A DNA stretch of 64,000 bases from positions 138,818,001-138,882,000 of the forward strand of contig OZ024743.1 in the NCBI GenBank assembly GCA_964016885.1. The letters are read 5' to 3'. The DNA is from Eledone cirrhosa (taxonomy: Eukaryota). The notes under the pieces were generated by a model, which was not told where the DNA came from, made no database searches, and was given only the letters and a program-made list of their open reading frames with translations. Shown here one piece after another: positions 12,870 to 27,449 of this stretch; the first letter of the stretch is position 1; each line of letters starts with the position of its first letter. The translations under genes were made by a program, and so were the position numbers.

Positions 12870-14350
12870 ACCAAGCACCAGAGACCAAGCACCAAGCACC
12901 AAGGACCAAACCCCAAACACCAAACACCAGGCACAAAGCACCAAACACCAAGCACCAAGCACCAAACACCAAAGACCAAGCACAAAGCACCAAAGAGCAA
13001 AAACAAAGCACCAAGCACCAAACACCAAACACCAAACACCAAACAGCAAACACCAAACACCAAATAGCAAACACCAAAGGGCAAACTCCAAACACCAAAC
13101 AGCAAACACAAAACACCAAACAGCAAACAACAAACAGCAAACAGCAAACAGCAAACAGCAAACACCAAACACCAAGCACCAAGCACCAAGCACCAAACAC
13201 CAACACCAAGCACCAAGCACCAAACACCAAGCACCAAGCACCAAACACCAAACACCAAGCTCCAAGCACCAAAAAAAAAAAACACCAAGCACCAAACCCC
13301 AAACACCAAACACCAAGCACAAAACACCAAGCACCAAGCACCAAACAACAAACATCAAACAGCAATCACCAAACATCAAACAGCAAACAACAAACACCAA
13401 ACACCAAACATCAAACACCAAACAGCAAACAACAAACAACAAACGCCAAACATCAAACGCCAAACACCAAACGCCAAATAGCAAACACCAAACCGCAAAC
13501 ACCAAACACCAAACAGCAAACACCAAACACCAAACAGCGAACTCCAAACAGCAAACACCAAACAGCAAACAGCAAACAGCAAACACCAAACACCAAACAC
13601 CAAGCACCAAACTCCAAACACCAAGCACCAAGCACCAAGCACAAAACACCAAGCACCAAGCGCTAAACATAAAACACTAAGCACCAAGCACCAAGCACCA
13701 AGCACCAAACACCAAACATCAAACACCAATCACCAAACATCAAACAGCAAACACCAAACACCAAACACCAAACATCAAACACCAAATAGCAAACAACAAA
13801 CAACAAACGCCAAACATCAAACGCCAAACACAAACACCAAATAGCAAACACCAAACCGCAAACACCAAACACCAAACAGCAAACACCAAACACCAAACAG
13901 CGAACACCAAACAGCAAACACCAAACAGCAAACACCAAACACCAAGCACCAAACACCAAACACCAAGCACGAAGCACCAAGCACAAAACACCAAGCACCA
14001 AGCACCAAACACCAAGCACCAAACACCAAACACCAAGCACCAAGCGCCAAACACCAAGCACCAAGCACCAAGCACGAAACACCAAGCACCAATCACCAAA
14101 CACCAAACACCAAGCACCAAACACCAAACAGCAAACACCAAACACCAAACAGTAAACACCAAACACCAAACAGCAAACACCAAACACCAAACACCAAACA
14201 GCAAACACCAAACACCAAACACCAAACAGCAAACACCAAACAAACAGCAAACAGCAAACACCAAGCAGCAAACACCAAACAGCAAACACCAAACACCAAA
14301 CACCAAATAGCAAACACCAAACAGCAAACACCAAACAGCAAACACCAAAC
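12870..14350 (+). repeat. Degenerate island of the same satellite, with an A12 run and an internal 363-bp-offset duplication
   Basis: High density of rare monomers (CATCAAA, CAACAAA, TAGCAAA, CCGCAAA, CAGCGAA, CGCTAAA, CATAAAA). Four private indels at 13198, 13267-13282, 13829 and 14241. CCGCAAA at 13493/13856 and CAGCGAA at 13535/13898 are both 363 apart. Confidence 0.88.
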
Positions 14351-16519
14351 AGCAAACACCAGACAGCAAACAGCAAACACCAAACACCAAACACCAAGCA
14401 CCAAGCACCAAACACCAAGCACCAAGCAACAAGCACCAATCACCAAGCACCAAGCACTAAACACCAAACACCAAGCACCAAGCACCAAGCACCAAACAGC
14501 AAGCACCAAGCACCATGCACCAAACGCCAAGCACCAAGCACCAAACACCAAGCACCAAGCACCAAGCACCAAACACCAAGCACCAAAGACCAAGCACCAA
14601 ATACCAAGCACCAAGCACCAAACACCAATCACCAAGCACCAAGCACCAAACACCAAGAACCAAGCAACAATCACTAAACACCAAACACCAAGCACCAAGC
14701 ACCAAACAACAAACACCAAGCACCAAGTACCAAACACCAAACACCAAACACCAAGCACCAAGCACCAAATCCCAAGCACCAAACACCAAGCACCAAGCAC
14801 CAAACACCAAACACCAAGCACGAAGCACCAAGCATCAAATACCAAACACCAAACACCAAGCACCACGCATCAAACACCAAGCACGAAGCACCAATCGCCA
14901 AGCACCAAGCACCAAGCAATAAACACAAAGCACCAAGCACCAAGCACCAAGCACCAAGCACCAAGCACCAAACACCAAGCACCAAGCACCCAACACCAAA
15001 CACCAATCACCAAGCACCAAAGAGCAAACACGAAGCCCCAAGCACCAAACACCCAACACCAAACACCAAACATCAAACACCAATCACGAATCACAAAACA
15101 CCAAACACCAAACATCAAACACCAATCACGAATCACCAAGCACCAAACACCAAACACCAAGCACCAAGCACCAAGCACCAAACACCAAACACCAAGCACC
15201 AAGCACTAAACACCAAACACCAAGCACCAAGCACCAAGCACCAAACACCAAGCACCAAGCACCAAGCACCAAACACCAAGCACCAAGCACCAAACACCAA
15301 ACACCAAGCACCAAACACCAAGCACCAAACTGCAAGCACCAAGCACCAAGCACCAGACACCAAGCACCAAGCACCAAACACCAAACACCAAGCACCAAGC
15401 ACTAAACACCAAACACCAAGCACCAAGCACCAAGCACCAAGCACCAAGCACCAAACACCAAGCACCAAGCACCAAGCACCAAGCACCAAGCACCAAACAC
15501 CAAGCACCAAGCACCAAACAGCAAACACCAAGCACCAAGCACCAAACACCAAGCACGAAGCACCAAGCACCATGCACCAAACACCAAGCACCAAGCACCA
15601 AACAGCAAACACCAAACAGCAAACACCAAACACCAAACACCAAACAGCAAATGCCAAAAAGCAAACGCCAAACCCCAAACGCCAAACAGCAAATGCCAAA
15701 CCCCAAACGCCAAACAGCAAACGCCAAGCGCCAAACGCCAAACACCAAGTGTCAAGCACCAAACACCAAACACCAAGCACCAAGCACCAAGCACCAAACA
15801 CCAAACACCAAGCACCAAGTACCAAACACCAAACACCAAGCACCAAACACCAAACAGCAAACAACAAAAAGCAAACGCCAAACCCCATACGCCAAACAGC
15901 AAATGCCAAACCCCAAACGCCAAACAGCAAACGCCAAGCACCAAACACCAAACACCAAGCGCCAAGCACCAGACACCAAACACCAAGCACCAAGCACCAA
16001 ACACCAAACACCAAGCACCAATCACCAAACACCAAGCACCAAGCGCCAAGCACCAAACACCAAACACCTAGCACCAAGCACCAAGCACCAAACACCAAGT
16101 ACCAAACACCAATCACCAAGCCCCAAGCACCAAACACCAAGCGCCAAGCACCAAACACCAAACACCAAGCACCAAGCACCCAGAACCAAGCACCAAGCAC
16201 CAAACACCAAGCACCAAGCACCGAGCACCAAATACCAAGAACCAAGCACCAAGCTCTAAACACCAAACACCAATCACCAAGCACCAAACACCAAACACCA
16301 AACACCAAACACCAAACAGCAAATGCCAAAAAGCAAACGCCAAACCCCAAACGCCAAACAGTAAATGCCAAACCCCAAACGCCAAACAGCAAACGCCAAG
16401 CGCCAAACGCCAAACACCAAGCGCCAAGCACCAAACACCAAACACCAAGCACCAAGCACCAAACACCAAACACCAAGCACCAAGTACCAAACACCAAACA
16501 CCAAGCACCAAACACCAAA

Positions 16520-19500
16520 CAGCAAACGCCAAAAAGCAAACGCCAAACCCCATACGCCAAACAGCAAATGCCAAACCCCAAACGCCAAACAGCAAACGCC
16601 AAGCACCGAACACCAAACACCAAGCGCCAAGCACCAAACACCAAACACCAAGCACCAAGCACCAAACACCCAACCCCAAGCACCAATCACCAAACACCAA
16701 GCACCAAGCGCCAAGCACCAAACACCAAACACCTAGCACCAAGCACCAAGCACCAAACACCAAGTACCAAACACCAATCACCAAGCCGCAAGCACCAAAC
16801 ACCAAGCACCAAGCACCAAACACCAAACACCAAGCACCAAGCACCCAGAACCAAGCACCAAGCACCAAACACCAAGCACCAAGCACCGAGCACCAAACAC
16901 CAAGAACCAAGCACCAAGCACTAAACACCAAACACCAAGCACCAAGCACCAAACACCAAACACCAAGCACCAAACACCAAACAGCAAACGACAAAAAGCA
17001 AACGCCAAACCCCATATGCCAAACAGCAAATGCCAAACTCCAAACGCCAAACAGCAAACGCCAGGCACCAAACACCAAACACCAAGCGCCAAGCACCAAA
17101 CACCAAACACCAAGCACCAAGCACCAAACACCAAACACCAAGCACCAATCACCAAACACCAAGCACCAAGCGCCAAGCACCAAACACCAAACACCTAGCA
17201 CCAAGCACCAAGCACCAAACACCAAGCACCAAACACCAATCACCAAGCCCCAAGCACCAAACACCAAGCACCAAGCACCAAACACCAAACACCAAGCACC
17301 AAGCACCAAGGACCAAGCACCAAACACCAAGCACCAAGCACCGAGCACCAAACACCAAGAACCAAGCACCATGCACTAAACACCAAACACCAAGCACCAA
17401 GCACCAAACACCAAACACCAAGCACCAAGTACAAAACTCCAAACACCAAACACCAAGCACCAAGCACCAAATCCCAAGCACCAAACACCAAGCACCAATC
17501 ACCAAATACCAAACACCAAGCACCAAGCACCAAACTCCAAAAACCAAGCACCAAGCACCAAGCACCAAACACCAAACGCCAAACACCAAACACCAAGTAC
17601 CAAGCACCAAACACCAAGCACCAAGCGCCAAAGACCAAACACCAAGCACCAAGCACCAAACACCAAACACCAAGCACCAAGCACCAAGCATCAAGCACCA
17701 AGCACCAAACACCAACCACCAAGCACCAAACACCAAACACAAAACAACAAGTACCAAGCACCAAACACCAAACACCAAACACCAAACACCAAGCACCAAC
17801 CACCAAGCACCAAACACCAAGCACCAAGCACCAAGCACCAAGCACCAAGCACCAAACACCAAGCACCAAGCACCAAACAGCAAACACCAAGCACCAAACA
17901 CCAAACACCAAGCACCAAGCAACAAACACCAAACACCAAGCACCAAACACCAAGCACCAAGCCCCAAGCACGAAACACCAAGCACCAAGCAAGAAACACC
18001 AAGCACCAAGCACCAAGCACCATGCACCAAACACCAAGCACCAAGCACCAAACAGCAAACACCAAACAGCAAACACCAAACAGCAAACACCAAACAGCAA
18101 ACACCAAACAGCAAACACCAAAAAGCAAACGCCAAACTCCAAACGCCAAACAGCAAGTGCCAAACCCAAACGCCAAACAGCAAACGCCAAGCACAAAACA
18201 CCAAACACCAAGCGCCAAGCACCAAACACCAAACACCAAGCACCAAGCACCAAACACCAAACACCAAGCACCAAGTACCAAACACCAAACACCAAGCACC
18301 AAACACCAAACAGCAAACGCAAAAAAGCAAACGCCAAACCCTATACGCCAAACAGCAAATGCCAAACCCCAAATGCCAAACGGCAAACGCCAAGCACCAA
18401 ACACCAAACACCAAGTGACAAGCACCAAACACCAAACACCAAGCACCAAGCACCAAACACCAAACACCAAGCACCAATCACCAAACACCAAACACCAAGC
18501 GCCAAACACCAAACACCAAACACCTATCACCAAGCACCAAGCACCAAACACCAAGCACCAAACACCAAGCACCAAGCACCAAGCACCAAGCACCAAACAC
18601 CAATCACCAAGCCCCAAGCACCAAACACCAAGCACCCAGCACCAAACACCAAACACCAAGCACCAAGCACCCAGAACAAAGCACCAAGCACCAAACACCA
18701 AACACCAAGCTCCAAGCACCAAACACCAAACACCAAGCACCAAGCACCAAGCACCAAACACCAAACACCAAGCACCAATCACCAAACACCAAGCACCAAG
18801 CGCCAAACACCAAACACCAAACACCTAGCACCAAGCACCAAGCACCGAACACCAAGCACCAAGCACCAAGCACCAAGCACCAAGCACCAAACACCAATCA
18901 CCAAGCCCCAAGCACCAAACACCAAGCACCAAGCACCAAACACCAAACACCAAGCACCAAGCACCAAACACCAAACACCAAGCACCAAGCACCAAGCACC
19001 AAGCACCAAACACCATACACCAAACAGCAAACGCCAAAAAGCAAACGCCAAACCCCATACGCCAAACAGCAAATGCCAAACCCCAAACGCCAAACACAAA
19101 ACGCCAAGCACCAAACACCAAACACCAAACACCAAGCACCAATCACCAAACACCAAGCACCAAGCGCCAAGCACCAGACACCAAGCACCAAGCACCAAAC
19201 ACCAAACACCAAGCACCAAGCACTAAACACCAAACACCAAGCACCAAGCACCAAGCACCAAGCACCAAGCACCAAACACCAAGCACCAAGCACCAAGCAC
19301 CAAGCACCAAGCACCAAACACCAAGCACCAAGCACCAAACAGCAAACACCAAGCACCAAACACCAAACACCAAGCACCAAGCACCAAACACCAAACACCA
19401 AACACCAAGCACCAAGCCCCAAGCACCAAACACCAAGCACCAAGCACCAAACACCAAGCACGAAGCACCAAGCACCATGCACCAAACACCAAGCACCAAG

Positions 19501-22500
19501 CACCAAACAGCAAACACCAAACAGCAAACACCAAACACCAAACACCAACCAGCAAACACCAAACACCAAACACCAAACAGCAAACACCAAACAGCAAACA
19601 CCAAACAGCAAACACCAAACACCAAACACCAAACAGCAAACGCCAAAAAGCAAACGCCAAACCCCATACGCCAAACAGCAAATGCCAAACCCCAAACGCC
19701 AAACAGCAAACGCCAAGCACCGAACACCAAACACCAAGCGCCAAGCACCAAACACCAAACACCAAGCACCAAGCACCAAACACCAAACACCAAGCACCAA
19801 GCACCAAACACCAAACACCAAGCACCAATCACCAAACACCAAACACCAAGCGCCAAACACCAAACACCAAACACCTATCACCAAGCACCAAGCACCAAAC
19901 ACCAAGCACCAAACACCAAGCACCAAGCACCAAGCACCAAGCACCAAACACCAATCACCTAGCCCCAAGCACCAAACACCAAGCACCCAGCACCAAACAC
20001 CAAACACCAAGCACCAAGCACCCAGAACAAAGCACCAAGCACCAAACACCAAACACCAAGCTCCAAGCACCAAACACCAAACACCAAGAACCAAGCACCA
20101 AGCACCAAACACCAAACACCAAGCACCAATCACCAAACACCAAGCACCAAGCGCCAAACACCAAACACCAAACACCTAGCACCAAGCACCAAGCACCGAA
20201 CACCAAGCATCAAGCACCAAGCACCAAGCACCAAGCACCAAACACCAATCACCAAGCCCCAAGCACCAAACACCAAGCACCAAGCACCAAACACCAAACA
20301 CCAAGCACCAAGCACCAAACACCAAACACCAAGCACCAAGCACCAAGCACCAAGCACCAAACACCATACACCAAACAGCAAACGCCAAAAAGCAAACGCC
20401 AAACCCCATACGCCAATCAGCAAATGCCAAACCCCAAACGCCAAACAGCAAACGCCAAGCACCAAACACCAAACACCAAGCGCCAAGCACCAAACACCAA
20501 ACACCAAGCACCAAGCACCAAACACCAAACACCAAGCACCAATCACCAAACACCAAGCACCAAGCGCCAAGCACCAGACACCAAGCACCAAGCACCAAAC
20601 ACCAAACACCAAGCACCAAGCACCAAACAGCAAACACCAAGCACCAAACACCAAACACCAAGCACCAAGCACCAAACACCAAACACCAAACACCAAGCAC
20701 CAAGCCCCAAGCACCAAACACCAAGCACCAAGCACCAAACACCAAGCACGAAGCACCAAGCACCATGCACCAAACACCAAGCACCAAGCACCAAACAGCA
20801 AACACCAAACAGCAAACACCAAACACCAAACACCAACCAGCGAACACCAAACACCAAACACCAAACAGCAAACACCAAACAGCAAACACCAAACAGCAAA
20901 CACCAAACACCAAACACCAAACAGCAAACGCCAAAAAGCAAACGCCAAACCCCATACGCCAAACAGCAAATGCCAAACCCCAAACGCCAAACAGCAAACG
21001 CCAAGCACCGAACACCAAACACCAAGCGCCAAGCACCAAACACCAAACACCAAGCACCAAGCACCAAACACCAAACACCAAGCACCAATCACCAAACACC
21101 AAGCACCAAGCGCCAAGCACCAAACACCAAACACCTAGCACCAAGCACCAAGCACCAAACACCAAGTACCAAACACCAATCACCAAGCCCCAAGCACCAA
21201 ACACCAAGCACCAAGCACCAAACACCAAACACCAAGCACCAAGCACCCAGAACCAAGCACCAAGCACCAAACACCAAGCACCAAGCACCGAGCACCAAAC
21301 ACCACGAACCAAGCACCAAGCACTAAACACCAAACACCAAGCACCAAGCACCAAACACCAAACACCAAGCACCAAACACCAAACAGCAAACGCCAAAAAG
21401 CAAACGCCAAAACCCATATGCCAAACAGCAAATGCCAAACTCCAAACGCCAAACAGCAAACGCCAGGCACCAAACACCAAACACCAAGCGCCAAGCACCA
21501 AACACCAAACACCAAGCACCAAGCACCAAACACCAAGCACCAAGCACCAATCACCAAACACCAAGCACCAAGCGCCAAGCACCAAACACCAAACACCTAG
21601 CACCAAGCACCAAGCACCAAACACCAAGCACCAAACACCAATCACCAAGTCCCAAGCACCAAACACCAAGCACCAAGCACCAAACACCAAACACCAAGCA
21701 CCAAGCACCAAGGACCAAGCACCAAACACCAAGCACCAAGCACCGAGCACCAAACACCAAGAACCAAGCACCAAGCACTAAACACCAAACACCAAGCACC
21801 AAGCACCAAACACCAAACACCAAGCACCAAGTACAAAACTCCAAACACCAAACACCAAGCACCAAGCACCAAATCCCAAGCACCAAACACCAAGCACCAA
21901 TCACCAAACACCAAACACCAAGCACCAAGCACCAAACTCCAAAAACCAAGCACCAAGCACCAAGCACCAAACACCAAACGCCAAACACCAAACACCAAGT
22001 ACCAAGCACCAAACACCAAGCACCAAGCGCCAAAGACCAAACACCAAGTACCAAGCACCAATCACCAAACACCAAGCACCAAGCACCAAACACCAAACAC
22101 CAAGCACCAAGCACCAAGCATCAAGCACCAAGCACCAAACACCAACCACCAAGCACCAAACACCAAACACAAAACAACAAGTACCAAGCACCAAACACCA
22201 AACACCAAACACCAAACACCAAGCACCAAGCACAAGACACCAAGCACCAAGCACCAAGCACCAAGCACCAAAAACCAAGCACCAAGCTCCAAGCACCAAA
22301 CACCAAGCACCAAACACCAAACACCAAGCGCCAAACACCAAACACCAAGCACCAAGCACCAAACACCAAGCACCAACCACCAAGCACCAAACACCAAGCA
22401 CCAAGCACCAAGCACCAAGCACCAAGCACCAAACACCAAGCACCAAGCACCAAACAGCAAACACCAAGCACCAAACACCAAACACCAAGCACCAAGCAAC

Positions 22501-24714
22501 AAACACCAAACACCAAGCACCAAACACCAAGCACCAAGCCCCAAGCACGAAACACCAAGCACCAAGCACGAAACACCAAGCACCAAGCACCAAGCACCAT
22601 GCACCAAACACCAAGCACCAAGCACCAAACAGCAAACACCAAACAGCAAACACCAAACAGCAAACACCAAACAGCAAACACCAAACAGCAAACACCAAAC
22701 AGCAAACGCCAAAAAGCAAACGCCAAACTCCAAACGCCAAACAGCAAATGCCAAACCCAAACGCCAAACAGCAAACGCCAAGCACAAAACACCAAACACC
22801 AAGCGCCAAGCACCAAACACCAAACACCAAGCACCAAGCACCAAGCACCAAACACCAAACACCAAGCACCAATCACCAAACACCAAGCACCAAGCGCCAA
22901 ACACCAAACACCAAACACCTAGCACCAAGCACCAAGCACCGAACACCAAGCACCAAGCACCAAGCACCAAGCACCAAGCACCAAACACCAATCACCAAGC
23001 CCCAAGCACCAAACACCAAGCACCAAGCACCAAACACCAAACACCAAGCACCAAGCACCAAACACCAAACACCAAGCACCAAGCACCAAGCACCACGCAC
23101 CAAACACCATACACCAAACAGCAAACGCCAAAAAGCAAACGCCAAACCCCATACGCCAAACAGCAAATGCCAAACCCCAAACGCCAAACAGCAAACGCCA
23201 AGCACCAAACACCAAACACCAAACACCAAGCACCAATCACCAAACACCAAGCACCAAGCGCCAAGCACCAGACACCAAGCACCAAGCACCAAACACCAAA
23301 CACCAAGCACCAAGCACTAAACACCAAACACCAAGCACCAAGCACCAAGCACCAAGCACCAAGCACCAAACACCAAGCACCAAGCACCAAGCACCAAGCA
23401 CCAAGCACCAAACACCAAGCACCAAGCACCAAACAGCAAACACCAAGCACCAAACACCAAACACCAAGCACCAAGCACCAAACACCAAACACCAAACACC
23501 AAGCACCAAGCCCCAAGCACCAAACACCAAGCACCAAGCACCAAACACCAAGCACGAAGCACCAAGCACCATGCACCAAACACCAAGCACAAAGCACCAA
23601 ACAGCAAACACCAAACAGCAAACACCAAACACCAAACACCAACCAGCAAACTCCAAACACCAAACACCAAACAGCAAACACCAAACAGCAAACACCAAAC
23701 AGCAAACACCAAACACCAAACACCAAACAGCAAACGCCAAAAAGCAAACGCCAAACCCCATACGCCAAACAGCAAATGCCAAACCCCAAACGCCAAACAG
23801 CAAACGCCAAGCACCGAACACCAAACACCAATCGCCAAGCACCAAACACCAAACACCAAGCACCAAGCACCAAACACCAAACACCAAGCACCAAGCACCA
23901 AACACCAAACACCAAGCACCAATCACCAAACACCAAACACCAAGCGCCAAACACCAAACACCAAACACCTATCACCAAGCACCAAGCACCAAGCACCAAA
24001 CACCAACCACCAACCACCAAGCACCAAGCACCAAGCACCAAACACCAATCACCTAGCCCCAAGCACCAAACACCAAGCACCCAGCACCAAACACCAAACA
24101 CCAAGCACCAAGCACCCAGAACAAAGCACCAAGCACCAAACACCAAACACCAAGCTCCAAGCACCAAACACCAAACACCAAGCACCAAGCACCAAGCACC
24201 AAACACCAAACACCAAGCACCAATCACCAAACACCAAGCACCAAGCGCCAAACGCCAAACACCAAACACCTAGCACCAAGCACCAAGCACCGAACACCAA
24301 GCACCAAGCACCAAGCACCAAGCACCAAGCACCAAACACCAATCACCAAGCCCCAAGCACCAAACACCAAGCACCAAGCACCAAACACCAAACACCAAGC
24401 ACCAAGCACCAAACACCAAACACCAAGCACCAAGCACCAAGCACCAAGCACCAAACACCATACACCAAACAGCAAACGCCAAAAAGCAAACGCCAAACCC
24501 CATACGCCAAACAGCAAATGCCAAACCCCAAACGCCAAACAGCAAACGCCAAGCACCAAACACCAAACACCAAGCGCCAAGCACCAAACACCAAACACCA
24601 AGCACCAAGCACCAAACACCAAACACCAAGCACCAATCACCAAACACCAAGCACCAAGCGCCAAGCACCAGACACCAAGCACCAAGCACCAAACACCAAA
24701 CACCAAGCACCAAG
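16520..24714 (+). repeat. Tandem duplication of a ~4.1-4.6-kb higher-order unit (~16520-20620 vs ~20922-24714)
   Basis: ORF offsets are 4402 (16687..16917/21089..21319; 17016/21418) and 4094 (18898..20175/22992..24269; 19477..19962/23571..24056). The private CACCAAT-CACCTAG-CCCCAAG occurs at 19956/24050 and TACAAAA at 17430/21832. Confidence 0.9.
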
Positions 24715-27449
24715 CACTAAACACCAAACACCAAGCACCAAGCACCAAGCACCAAGCACCAAGCACCAAACACCAAGCACCAAGCACCAAGCACCAAGCA
24801 CCAAGCACCAAACACCAAGCACCAAGCACCAAACAGCAAACACCAAGCACCAAACACCAAACACCAAGCACCAAGCACCAAACACCAAACACCAAACACC
24901 AAGCACCAAGCCCCAAGCACCAAACACCAAGCACCAAGCACCAAACACCAAGCACGAAGCACCAAGCACCATGCACCAAACACCAAGCACCAAGCACCAA
25001 ACAGCAAACACCAAACAGCAAACACCAAACACCAAACACCAACCGGCAAACACCAAACACCAAACACCATCAGCAAACACCAAACAGCAAACACCAAACA
25101 GCAAACTCCAAACACCAAACACCAAACAGCAAACGCCAAAAAGCAAACGCCAAACCCCATACGCCAAACAGCAAATGCCAAACCCCAAACGCCAAACAGC
25201 AAACGCCAAGCACCGAACACCAAACACCAAGCGCCAAGCACCAAACACCAAACACCAAGCACCAAGCACCAAACACCAAACACCAAGCACCAATCACCAA
25301 ACACCAAGCACCAAGCGCCAAGCACCAAACACCAAACACCTAGCACCAAGCACCAAGCACCAAACACCAAGTACCAAACACCAATCACCAAGCCCCAAGC
25401 ACCAAACACCAAGCACCAAGCACCAAACACCAAACACCAAGCACCAAGCACCCAGAACCAAGCACCAAGCACCAAACACCAAGCACCAAGCCCCGAGCAC
25501 CAAACACCAAGAACCAAGCACCAAGCACTAATCACCAAACACCAAGCACCAAGCACCAAACACCAAACACCAAGCACCAAACACCAAACAGCAAACGCCA
25601 AAAAGCAAACGCCAAACCCCATATGCCAAACAGCAAATGCCAAACTCCAAATGCCAAACAGCAAACGCCAGGCACCAAACACCAAACACCAAGCGCCAGG
25701 CACCAAACACCAAACACCAAGCACCAAGCACCAAACACCAAACACCAAGCACCAATCACCAAACACCAAGCACCAAGCGCCAAGCACCAAACACCAAACA
25801 CCTAGCACCAAGCACCAAGCACCAAACACCAAGCACCAAACACCAATCACCAAGCCCCAAGCACCAAACACCAAGCACCAAGCACCAAACACCAAACACC
25901 AAGCACCAAGCACCAAACACCAAACACCAAGCACCAAGCACCAAACACCAAACACCAAGCACCAAGCACCAAGCACCAAGCACCAAACACCATACACCAA
26001 ACAGCAAACGCCAAAAAGCAAACGCCAAACCCCATACGCCAAACAGCAAATGCCAAACCCCAAACGCCAAACAGCAAACGCCAAGCACCAAACACCAAAC
26101 ACCAAGCGCCAAGCACCAAACACCAAACACCAAGCACCAAGCACCAAACACCAAACACCAAGCACCAATCACCAAACACCAAGCACCAAGCGCCAAGCAC
26201 CAGACACCAAGCACCAAGCACCAAACACCAAACACCAAGCACCAAGCACTAAACACCAAACACCAAGCACCAAGCACCAAGCACCAAGCACCAAGCACCA
26301 AACACCAAGCACCAAGCACCAAGCACCAAGCACCAAGCACCAAACACCAAGCACCAAGCACCAAACAGCAAACACCAAGCACCAAACACCAAACACCAAG
26401 CACCAAGCACCAAACACCAAACACCAAACACCAAGCACCAAGCCCCAAGCACCAAACACCAAGCACCAAGCACCAAACACCAAGCACGAAGCACCAAGCA
26501 CCATGCACCAAACACCAAGCACCAAGCACCAAACAGCAAACACCAAACAGCAAACACCAAACACCAAACACCAACCGGCAAACACCAAACACCAAACACC
26601 ATCAGCAAACACCAAACAGCAAACACCAAACAGCAAACTCCAAACACCAAACACCAAACAGCAAACGCCAAAAAGCAAACGCCAAACCCCATACGCCAAA
26701 CAGCAAATGCCAAACCCCAAACGCCAAACAGCAAACGCCAAGCACCGAACACCAAACACCAAGCGCCAAGCACCAAACACCAAACACCAAGCACCAAGCA
26801 CCAAACACCAAACACCAAGCACCAATCACCAAACACCAAGCACCAAGCGCCAAGCACCAAACACCAAACACCTAGCACCAAGCACCAAGCACCAAACACC
26901 AAGTACCAAACACCAATCACCAAGCCCCAAGCACCAAACACCAAGCACCAAGCACCAAACACCAAACACCAAGCACCAAGCACCCAGAACCAAGCACCAA
27001 GCACCAAACACCAAGCACCAAGCCCCGAGCACCAAACACCAAGAACCAAGCACCAAGCACTAATCACCAAACACCAAGCACCAAGCACCAAACACCAAAC
27101 ACCAAGCACCAAACACCAAACAGCAAACGCCAAAAAGCAAACGCCAAACCCCATATGCCAAACAGCAAATGCCAAACTCCAAACGCCAAACAGCAAACGC
27201 CAGGCACCAAACACCAAACACCAAGCGCCAGGCACCAAACACCAAACACCAAGCACCAAGCACCAAACACCAAACACCAAGCACCAATCACCAAACACCA
27301 AGCACCAAGCGCCAAGCACCAAACACCAAACACCTAGCACCAAGCACCAAGCACCAAACACCAAGCACCAAACACCAATCACCAAGCCCCAAGCACCAAA
27401 CACCAAGCACCAAGCACCAAACACCAAACACCAAGCACCAAGCACCAAG
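24386..27449 (+). repeat. Direct tandem duplication, 2 x 1532 bp
   Basis: ORF pairs 24637..25293/26169..26825, 25070..25339/26602..26871 and 25623..25805/27155..27337 match. A private 6-bp CACCAT unit lies at 25065/26597, with shared CCGGCAAA, CCCCGAG and CACTAAT variants. 1532 = 219x7 - 1. Confidence 0.94.
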
